DNA of 64,000 nucleotides from Setoptus koraiensis (taxonomy: Eukaryota > Animalia > Arthropoda). Below the pieces are notes generated by a model, which was not told the DNA's origin, ran no database searches, and worked only from the letters and a program-made list of their open reading frames with translations. The position numbers were made by a program, and so were the translations under genes. The stretch spans positions 15,810,001 to 15,874,000 of the forward strand of contig CM106586.1 in assembly GCA_048013815.1 (NCBI GenBank), written 5' to 3'. Below, piece after piece: positions 27,675-37,500 of the stretch (its first letter is position 1; each line of letters opens with the position of its first letter).

Positions 27675-27905
27675 TTAATCAACTCGAAACATTCTCGGCA
27701 TATCGCAAAGTTTACAAGGTGGAATATAGTTGCGGCCAATTACGACTCCTCTTGAATATCCACTTGTCCACCAATCTATGATTTCCCTCCATTCTAGGCC
27801 TGGCCAACCAAACCTTCCTACGGAGAAAGTGTTTATAGGAGATGACAGTTGTAAGATAAGTAGGACACAAAGACAGGTAGTCGCGATTGTTCTTGATGTA
27901 TTCAT
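27675..27905 (-). CDS. Candidate small secreted peptide, 76 aa (orphan)
   Basis: ATG ORF with a signal-peptide-like N-terminus (MNTSR-TIATTCLCVLLILQL-SSPINT) and a Trp/Gly/Arg-rich mature part with CxxC. Minus-strand AATAAA about 50 nt past the stop (27623-27618). No homolog recognised. Confidence 0.4.
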   Translation of the reverse strand: MNTSRTIATTCLCVLLILQLSSPINTFSVGRFGWPGLEWREIIDWWTSGYSRGVVIGRNYIPPCKLCDMPRMFRVD

Positions 27906-28192
27906 TCTTGCGATTGTTTATATTATCGTTAATGGAAAATAATACAAATATCTATCAATTAATAATATAGAAAATATATATCTTGATTGTAACTTCTATA
28001 TCTAATCTCACAAGAACACTAGCATTTCCGCATGTCCAGTGTACTAAATAATTCTTGTATTGCGCAATAGTTTTAATATGGTACTAGTAACGGGTTGTAT
28101 GACGGAGGAGAAGCATCAGCCGCACTTAGCTTGACTTAGCAAGTGATGGTCAGTGGTCAGATAGTTGCTCAGAGTTGAACGGGCGTGCCTTT

Positions 28193-28864
28193 TTATCGCA
28201 TCTCATAATCATACAAAGGCCAGAAAGATTCCAAAAATCCAACATCCTCTGTTAGATTGGGCAATAACCAGAAGTGCAGTTTACCAAACGACACAGCCCA
28301 TATTATAACAAATACTAGTTGTCTTATCAAAGCTAGAGCCAAGATTGAGGATAAAAATACTAAACCAGCTACACATATGTAATATACCCATTGTCTGATT
28401 ATAGGTGGCCATAGAGGAAATAGGCAAACGGCTATAACTCCAAAGACAATAGCCAAACAAAGTATCCAGGCTTTAATAGATGTGGGCTCATAGATCCAGA
28501 CAAATGGTTCATTAGAATCGACAAAGAGTTGCATATCATGCATGTCAAGTTTAAATTTCTTTTTTGTGCCATCCAGTTTGGTAATCTTTTTAGCTCTATG
28601 ATAAAATTTTTTCAATAATAAATCATTTAAAAAACTAACAACTTGTTCTCTAGATGTGAAATAATCTTTGTTCCATTTTGATTCTAGTAAAAGATCAATC
28701 GCCTTAGATCCAATAAAATAATCTACTTTCTTAATTCCAACAAACATAGCCTGTTTGCTTGGAAGATGTTTCCTCATATATTGGGCGACTTCATAGTCGA
28801 ATTTGGTGATCTCCAAATTTTGAGGCGCCTGCTGGTGCTGGGCAGAGACTTGACGTTGTCTCAT
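28193..28864 (-). CDS. SEC62: Translocation protein SEC62, intronless, 223 aa, lacking the long C-terminal tail
   Basis: VDYFIGSKAIDLLLESKW, FYHRAKK, KKKFKLDMHDMQLFVDSNEPFVWIYEP, two TM helices (..AVCLFPLWP.., ..LALALIRQLVFVIIW), HFWLLPNLTEDVGFLESFWPLY. Minus-strand ATTAAA at 28077-28072. Confidence 0.95.
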   Translation of the reverse strand: MRQRQVSAQHQQAPQNLEITKFDYEVAQYMRKHLPSKQAMFVGIKKVDYFIGSKAIDLLLESKWNKDYFTSREQVVSFLNDLLLKKFYHRAKKITKLDGTKKKFKLDMHDMQLFVDSNEPFVWIYEPTSIKAWILCLAIVFGVIAVCLFPLWPPIIRQWVYYICVAGLVFLSSILALALIRQLVFVIIWAVSFGKLHFWLLPNLTEDVGFLESFWPLYDYEMR

Positions 28865-29828
28865 TGTGAAAATATAATTTCGTTTTGCGTTATGTTATGG
28901 TTGTTGAGTTTGTGAAGGTTATCGCAAGCAAGTATAATGTAAAATTTAATTACATGTAATTAATAATGATATTAACGGCGTAAATATGTTGCAAACGATA
29001 AACAAACAGTTAGCGAGCTACTGACGTTCCGATAAATGTCGTATGTGATGACTGTCTACTGGCAGTGTTGTACTGTTTGTGTTGTGCGTAAAGCAATAGA
29101 GAGAGAGAGATATGTGGCACAGGTGTTGAGGTGGCGGAAGGATTCTCCCACGGGAGATCTAGCGGCAGCGGTCAATGGGAGCGGTCGTTTCGCTCGGCGT
29201 TTCTCTGGTTGCCGCTGGGAGGGATGGGACGATGTTGACGTTTACAAAGTTCGCTGCAAGGAGCGTCATCTATTTCTAGTCACCATTCTATACACGATTG
29301 ACTCTGTCAGATAGAGCCCCAATTGCGGCTGCAAATAAAAAGAAAAAAAATGAAAGCTGTTTGAAAATGGCGCTCAACAAATGACTGGAGAGCGCCCGCT
29401 CTTTTTGTGACGTTCCAGTGCAGTGTTGTTTTGAGGCCAACCATGACGATCGTGACCCATTGCGTGACGACCAGTATTGTGTGCAACTGTGTGCAAACGT
29501 CAACATCGCCTCGTCTCCGTCTCGCATACGAAGTATGTTCGCAAGATTCCTGGGAGAGCCGCGAGGGCGGCGCTGTTGCGCTTTCTGTGGTCAGTGCAAG
29601 CGAGCGGCAGTTGATCATGAGTAGCGCAGCCATCTGTGCAGGAATGCGGCCGGGCAAGTCGGCGTCAAGCAAGGCGCCGGGCGCCCCCTCGCGTCGAAAG
29701 TTGCGTACGTATATCGGCACATTTTTCAACGATGCCAACGCCTCTGGCGGATCTCTCTCGAACCAGTCGTGAGGGCGTTGGAAGGCAACTACATGAGACT
29801 CATATCATGAGTAGCGCGAAAGGGTTGG

Positions 29829-29883
29829 TTGTCACAAACTTTTGTCACAAAGTTTTGTGACAAGTATTTTGTGACAAAAGTTT
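29829..29883. repeat. Palindromic array of four TTGTCACAAA motifs (two forward, two inverted), with a 16-bp perfect inverted repeat
   Basis: Copies at 29829, 29842 (+) and 29854, 29868 (-). AAACTTTTGTCACAAA (29836-29851) pairs with TTTGTGACAAAAGTTT (29868-29883). It lies between the divergent SEC62 and G-patch genes. Confidence 0.85.
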
Positions 29884-30097
29884 CGACTAAAGTTTTGTGG
29901 GTTCAACAGCGGGGCAAGGCAATGATGTCAAGCCACCATTTGTGCGTGCCACATGGATTAGTTGTCACAAGTGACACACACAGTAGCCACAAATGATGAT
30001 GGATTTACTGGAGAAATAACTATCCAAATATCATCGGGTAATCGGGACATGTACGTCATCACTACTATTTACAGCTGATAATAATATTAGAAAGAAT

Positions 30098-31028
30098 ATG
30101 GCACGACCAGACGAAACTCAATCATCATCAGCTCCGGCAGCCGAAGCACTGGGCGTTCCCCAACAGGGCCCACATCTGAGCGGATCTGACCCACAAGCTA
30201 CCTACGATCGGCAACCAACTCAGACAATTTATCTAGCTTACGATCTTAGAGGAAAGCCTATCGGACCAGAAAACAAAGGTTATATGTTACTCATGAAGAT
30301 GGGATGGTCTGAGGGACAACGTTTGGGGCCAGATCCTGCCAAACGGACGAACCTGCTAGAACCTTTGAAAGTCACGAGACACCCAGGCACAACCGGTTTG
30401 GGCGCCAACCATCGACATGCCAAACGAATGAGGAAGAAAATCAAGCGCACTCTTGGGCAAGAGAGGCTCCTGGAGGAGGCTATTAATTATTTCAAAGACT
30501 CGGAGCCGGAACACCTTGCCGTAGTCAAACCGACCAACGCTGACCAAGATGACAATGCCGAGGGTGACAAGGTAAGATTGTGATTTCTCAAAGGCTGTAT
30601 CTCGAGTTACTTTCTTTACCCACAATCTATCTATCTTCTATTTTTATAATCTTTTTTATCTGTAAACGTTTTAGGCTGATACTCCGCAAATTGAACCTGC
30701 TCAGGTACGATATGTGCCTGCCACGATTGGCTTCTGCTGCAAATTATGCGGTGAGTTTGTAAAAACCAAATACATGCGTGCTGAGCATATCGCTCTCGAA
30801 AGTCACCAAGAGAAATTTATGGCAGCAGAGGAACAAAAACAGAAGGACGAGGATGCTAAAAAAGAAGCCGAAGCCAAAGAGGTTCAAATCGAAGCGGATG
30901 AAGCTAAAGAGGCCCAAGAGAAAAATGCTGACGTCCAAGAGTCCGATGCAAATAAGAGTGAGACGGAAGAGGCTCCGGTCGATGCAGACGGCACCGAAGG
31001 CGATCGCGGATCGTCGAGCCATAATTAA
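30098..31028 (+). CDS. G-patch domain protein with C-terminal matrin/U1-type C2H2 zinc finger and acidic tail, ~275 aa
   Basis: G-patch ENKGYMLLMKMGWSEGQRLG...EPLKVTRHPGTTGLG. Exons 30098-30571 and 30675-31028 (103-nt GTAAG..TTAG intron, phase 0). Exon 2 encodes FCCKLCGEFVKTKYMRAEHIALESHQEK. Confidence 0.82.
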
Positions 31029-31104
31029 AGAACAATATTGAACCGCTGTTGGCATAATTTAGCCCGGCGACCAAATGGATCCGCGTCGACCAAATACCTG
31101 CAAC
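30998..31104 (-). pseudogene. Degenerate, internally deleted copy of the carboxypeptidase last exon and stop region
   Basis: Shares AGGCGATC(G/T)CGGATCGTCGAGC, AATTAAA.A.AAT.TT, CTGTTGGCATAAT and ACCAAATACCTG with 31874-32032, in the same order. The splice acceptor CAG|GTATTTGGT is retained. Confidence 0.75.
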
Positions 31105-31205
31105 GTACATGTGATATATTTATTGTTGTTATTAATCATATTTTGTGATACATTTATTATTATTATTATTATTATCATCATATTGTGTGATTTTGTTATG
31201 CCAAA

Positions 31206-31922
31206 ATGAATAAAAACTTACAGAATCACATTAGATGACCCAAAGAGCTAGATGTTAATGAGGCGGCGATTCTGCCCGGCCAGCCAGTGTTCGTTCCGAA
31301 CAAATTCTCCAAGGGAGGCCGCCTCAGAATCTACAATATACCACAGAATATTTTCAGGCAAATGGCACTGGGCAATTTAGACAAGGAAAGCAATGATCTT
31401 AAAGGGCCGCTCACCATTAACAACTACAAGCATCGCTTTCAAACATTACTCTGGCTAGAGGAGGCCCATCAACAGATTGAAATGAGACGTTACGATATTC
31501 AGGACACGTTGCTGGGAAAATTCTCCGACTTTTTTGTTTTGCCCGTGCCAGGCTTAGCCGAGGGCAGGCCATCACTAATGAGGGGCGATAAAGTGTTTCT
31601 GTCCATGTACAATAGCGCCAATAAGTACGAGGGCTACATACACGACGTTCGCGAGGCCGATGTTCTCATCAAGGTACACAACTCACTGCATACTACGGAC
31701 ACCGACGGTGTTCACTTTAAGGTGGCCTTCTTCTTTTCGCGAACGGCATTCAGACGATGCCATCACGGTGTCGACATGATCCAGCAGCGACACATTTCAT
31801 ACGAAACAATATTTCCTAGTAGTAAAAGCAGTAAAAGCAGCCGGTACTCGGGGGAAGCAGAAATGAAAGAGATAGGCGATCTCGGATCGTCGAGCTCAGC
31901 GAAATTAAAAGATAATGTTTAA
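31206..31922 (+). pseudogene. MOV10: Truncated duplicate of the MOV10 5' region (premature TGA at codon 11; no helicase core)
   Basis: 31206-31832 aligns to 38040-38666 (offset 6834). The first 51 nt have 10 differences, including TGA at 31236. 31256-31799 is identical, followed by 2 substitutions. An unrelated tail reads into the carboxypeptidase 3' end and stops at 31922. Confidence 0.88.
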
Positions 31923-34528
31923 TGCAGCAAGCAATCCGTTCCATGTCTCCCTGGCTGTTGGCATAATCTGATCGGGCGGCAAAATGAAGCCATGTTGACC
32001 ACGATCACGAAGTTCCACCAAATACCTGTAAGAAAGGAGGAGAAGAGCGATTAGTTGATTATCTAAACCATCAACACGTGTTTTCCACCCGCAACCGCAA
32101 GATTCAACAGATTTCATTGCAGCAATCTAATGATTGCCCCGTTATAAAAGCCATGCTGATGTCTACTCAATATCTGCCTAATTAACTAGCTCAATACTCT
32201 ATGAAATACAAATGTATTTGCAATCTTGCCTCACTTATCTACAGGTTGTAATGACAGTATAACAGTTGTAATAATAGCAGATTATTTTTCGCTCAAATAC
32301 TTACGAGTGTACAATTCCACACTTGTCGTAGGCAAAGTCCATGCCAAATCCACTGCCGACGTACAATGAGGTACTGTAGTGTTTTCATAGTTGGGTTGGA
32401 AGTTTTTTAGATTAGTTAATTCTTTTTCACTTGTTTTAAAGTAAGATATCCGGTGAAGAGGCATTCTTCATAATCTTACCTCAGAGGTCCGATGTCATAC
32501 TTGACTCCGTCGGTGTCAAAAACGGCTTTTTGAACGGCCTTCAATACCCGCATGTGAGTATTCAAACTGCGACTAGGTTCAGTTGTATAGGCATATGGAC
32601 ATGCCCACAATTGATTGTAAGAATGTAGAGTAAGGTAAAACTTTATCCTATCTTTGAGGCTCCATAGTAAATCTGACACAGATTTAGTTTCTTGCTCACT
32701 AAATGGAAAGGGCCCGCTGAAGATGTGTGAGCAAGGCATACTCGATGATCCTGAGTAAAACAACAACGTGTACATAATGTAAATATGATGTGCATGTATA
32801 ATTCGTATCAGACGTATTTATATGATATGGTAATTACCTTCACCGCCAAAGTTAAGATCGTAATTACGATTCAAGTCGGCCTAGATGAGCATATAGGACA
32901 GTAAAGACAAAACATAGTAATAATCACAAACGTGTTTATGTAAAATTTTATACAATATTATATTAAATTTATCGACAAGGAGCAAATTGAACTCGAATAC
33001 TTACGCCAAAACATTGCTGCCCATCACGACTATTATATGGCCTCGATCCAATTTGCTTCGATCTGTTCTTCCTCCACATACGATCTGTCGTCCTGTGTGT
33101 AAACAATGCAAATGATAGATATGTCCATAAAAAAAAATACTAATAACTTAATTTTTGTATGCAAAAATCTACAGGCATCACTTACCATGTGTAAGAATAA
33201 CCGTCTGGATTGACGACAGGAACTATCAGAAAGTTCTTATTTCTAGTACTTTTGCCACTTGCAATCTGATCTATAATATACAGGATAGTGGAACCCGTTA
33301 TCCATTCGCGGGCATGTGTCAATGCGTCCAACCAAACATAATCCGGATCAGTGCTGTTATTGATTATTTCAATGGCTTTCAATGGCCTGCCCTCAGCGGT
33401 TGTTCCAATGCTGAAAACACGTACATGTTGGTATCTACTGGCCAGTTGATCTAGATAGCCGTAGATCTCATTGAGTGGGTGATATTGATTCAATCGAAAT
33501 GTCTTTATCAGGGAACTTCTCACAACAGGTCCATCACTAAATATGGCCATTGTCTTGGGCACTGTATGGGTGGCATGTTGAATTATGCCATTGCCACTAC
33601 CAATTGACAGTTTGGACGATGGCGGTGCCAATGGTGGCAAGATGGAACCGAGCAATGACTTTTGGATCATACTATTGTCACCGTTGGGTCCATTGTGCGA
33701 CGTGATGGTTGTTCCGTCCAACATAAAGTGATCACTGTCGCTATTGGAATTGAAAAAGTTATCGCTGTTTATAAATGGACTTAGATCAACGTGACCGTCT
33801 CCAATCATGGCACCCTGGCGTCCCGATCTATTGACACCGCTTGTCGATATAACGCCATTCGTTATGGAAGGACTAGTTTTGTCTTCGAAGGGCACAAACG
33901 ACGCTGCTGTTGGCTTTCTATTATTGCTGGCTGGCGTAACATCCAGCCTTTTCGGCAAATGCCTACTAACACTGTTGCCTATCACATCCGGTCGTAATGG
34001 TATGCGCTCAATGTCAACATCGGCATCCCTGTCAAATTGTATTGTTGAATCATGGCTTGGTGCACTGTATAAAGTGTCATCGTGCTCGTCATTGTAAAAT
34101 GGGGATATTATTGGCGACTGATACCGGTGCAATGTCTCAGCAACAGTATAATTGGCAATCTGTTGTTGTTGTTCAAGAGGCGCACGTAATAATTATTATC
34201 AGCAATTATTATTAGCAATAACTGTTGCTGTCAACTTGTAAAATGTTAGCGAGATTTTTATATGAATGAATGACAGTTGTAACTACTTACTCTGATTGAG
34301 TGCGCAAATAGTCACGTCGATGTCATAATAGTCATAACATAGGATTGTTAAAAACGGTGTCAATTAACGGTTGGTACGCACGAAATGAGTGAGTTACACA
34401 ACGCACGAGAAACAAAATCATCTTACGTAACAGGACGTCACTCACCTTCTCAATCCGAATTTCTCTGAGGATGTTGTGCATATGACCAGGCTCGTGCACA
34501 GTATCACTAGCCACAATGTTGAGCTCAT
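31905..34528 (-). CDS. Secreted zinc carboxypeptidase, M14A (CPA/CPB) family, ~517 aa
   Basis: Signal peptide [21 protein letters not shown]. Catalytic motifs THAREW (His69/Glu72), [26 protein letters not shown] (His196), [11 protein letters not shown] (Tyr248, Met255), YLVELRD (Glu270). Exons 34528-34446, 34064(acceptor uncertain)-33186, 33092-33005, 32880-32838, 32750-32480, 32373-32305, 32025-31905, totalling 1554 nt. Confidence 0.92.
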
Positions 34529-37500
34529 AGTTTCGGATTTTGTTATCCGTTTTGATTGTTTGTGTGCGGGTGATGCGATTCGATTGAACTTGTTGGCTTG
34601 TTGACAACAACAAGTGTTTTGGTATTCTGCTGCCGACATGCTGTCTATCGATACAGTTGTTATCGTCTGTCGATACAGTTAGTTGTATGGCTTTGTTTGT
34701 TCTTGTGAGGATCTAGCTGTTAATTGAGACACTTGCGCGGTTTCGAAATCATTCGTTCGCTGAATATGAGTAAATGACTGATAAAACTTATTGTTTGAGT
34801 TTTGGCCAATGGAAAAAACGTTTCGTTTTGACAGTTTTGACGTTCGGTTTGGGTTGTCGCTGATTGTTTTGGTTTGGTGTTGTTGTGAGTGTGTGTGTGT
34901 CTGTGGCAGCGGTGACGTCGGTAGCACATCCAGCCAGCCAGCTAGTGGTCACTGGTCACAGACACAAGCTGTCAATGATAAAATAATACAAAAGAAACAC
35001 AAGAGAAAGTTAACAGAAACATCCAAATTATTACGGTGTGGCAGATCCATTGAAGTTCATCTGTCGCCTATCTGTTGTTGGCCTTTGTCATTGTCAAGTT
35101 GTTGCTGTTGTTGCTGCGGCTCCGCTACTGGCAGTGTTGCTGTCGTTGTTGCTGTTGTCAGCAAGCTAAATAGAGTTGGACAAAACTTGCAACTTTTGAT
35201 GGTCAGCGGTACAAGTGTGTCTGTTAGTTTAGGCATGTACACATGTAGAGATATTGTTAAGCAAGCGGCAAGAAAGCAGTTCTGGACAGAGAGCTTGACA
35301 CAGGTTTATCGTTGTATGTTTTTGCAATATTTGGCTAGTCGTCACGGCTGTGTAGTCGCTTAATTGATATTATCTTTTTTCTCTCACTCTTTGGCCACAC
35401 AACTCTTTCTACCGGTGTGCTGTTGTTGCTGTTGTCGTTATAATGTTATAATGCTTGTAATGTTGACTATGCTGATAGCTTATTATTGATAAAAGGATGA
35501 ATGCGTGCATTGCGCTCTCGCTCTCTCGTCTGATGGTCAGCAAAATATGAATGAAAATCGGAATCAAGTATGACCGCTGTCATTGTTCTGTCGTTCACTC
35601 AATGATTAGTCGTGCGCGCTAATCGTAATGAAGATGGTGGTCAGTTTGTTCTAATAGGTAATTGCAACTTGTTTTCTCACTATCTTGTCATATACAACAG
35701 TGTGTGTGTGTGTTTGCGATAGTTTGTTGTTGTCGTTGTTGTCGAGACATGCTGAATACAATTATGTGACTGTCGTTGGTCTGTCGAAATTGTTACGAGC
35801 TCCCCCTAACGACTGTATTCTGCTTTAACTTTGCAAATTGCACACTTGTAGTAGGCAGCCCAGTCTATGCATAGTCGGCAGTCTTGACAGGTACAACGAC
35901 AGCCAGCAGCCAACAACAACAGGTTCACTTACAACTTGTTAGTGTGGTCCGTGTGTATGTAATGATAACTTCTTCTTCTTCTTCTCATTCTTCATGCTAA
36001 TAGAAAACCACATCTACCCGGAAGTTGGGCAGTGATTCTTTTTTACATGATTCTCTCGCTCTTTCTCTCTATAATTGAATTATGCACCATGGGCTCGCCA
36101 AGTTAGTTACACTGCACACAGTAGTAGTACAGTATCGATAAAAGTGTAACTTTTTGCTGTCAGTAGTGTGTGCTTTTTTCTGATTTTCTCTCTCTCTCTC
36201 TCTCCCCCTCTGTCTGTCTCTCTCTCTCTTTTCATTCGACGATGTATGCCTGTTGTCTGTCTATTGTCTGGCTATTTGCAATGTCTACCATGATAATATA
36301 ATGTCTATAACATGTCATCTGTCCATACAATGATGTCCCCAATCAAATTATAACCAAAGCAGATTGCAGCCGACAGACCATACGTCCTCAAATCGTCAAA
36401 TGTCAAACTCAAACTGCTACGGCTATCACGGCTAAACTCGCTAAACTTTGTTTGATCGCTCCAGTAATCAGCGCCGATGGTAAATATATTTTGAGGGACG
36501 TTTTGCGAGACTTCACATTATCTAACCTGAGTCCATAATGTGCGCATAACTATGGAGCAAACTTATCAAGTTTAAAATTGTTAAGGTTCGGGTCACTTTT
36601 GAGCCTCAGAGCCTTTGATTCATGCTGTTCGTTGCAGCCTATCTCGTAGAGCCCGATTTCGGTCGATCTAATTGACCAATTGTTCAATTTCGAGCAACGC
36701 TCGTCCGAACTGTCAACTATCGCCAGCAAGCGAGTAAACAATCCCAGTGACTCGGCGAATCACATCTTGCAAGAGCGCAACCATCTGAGGCTAATCGCAT
36801 AGATTCACCACAACATTCCCTTTGAGTTTCCACAGCAAGCGTAAGCAATCATGATCACGATGTGAGACATGATCTGACGAGGCATAATCCTCATTCAGAG
36901 TTGTTTCGCCATGATCAACACACAGATGACGAATTGAAAGTTTTCCCAGCTTTGATGATGCTAGCATTTATGCCTATAAACTAACTTAATTATTAATTAT
37001 CATACACTTTATCTGCAGTTTATGCTCATTTAGATTGATATATTGCATGTGTGTTGTAACATTTTAATGGACCATGTCCAAGAGAGAATGTTATTGCTTG
37101 CTGATGATATCTCACAACTACCATGTAAGTGTGCGCAAGCCATTTCAGCAACAGCAGAGAACCACTTCGGTAGTAAGTTGACAACTTATGTCACAGTTTT
37201 TTTTGCTTAAGCCAGTTGCATCGACAATGTTTACAGAAGTCAATATTAACTCCAGAGAGTCTCTCATCTGCAGGATAATGACCACCAACTGAATACATCC
37301 CAGTTGAGTGACTCTCTCACCATGAGGAAGACAATCTCTGTTAGTGCCTTGCTGTTCCGCTTTGCCTCGGCTCCAACGACTACCAACACTGCGACAGTGT
37401 GTTTGGGTCTTGCCCGATTTATGTTTTGCCCGGTGTTTTCGACATCAGATCACTAGACCTAGAATTAAGCTGGTTAATGAGTTATCTCACATTGTCCGAT

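Noticed and set aside
29380-29470. Faint resemblance of VMVGLKTT..AGALQSFV to an LTR reverse-transcriptase motif
   Set aside because: The spacing is wrong and there is no YxDD, other pol motif or LTR.
34646-36140. DRE-like TATCGATA octamers (34646, 36133; also 19002)
   Set aside because: Three isolated copies in AT-rich sequence with no mapped TSS are not distinguishable from chance.
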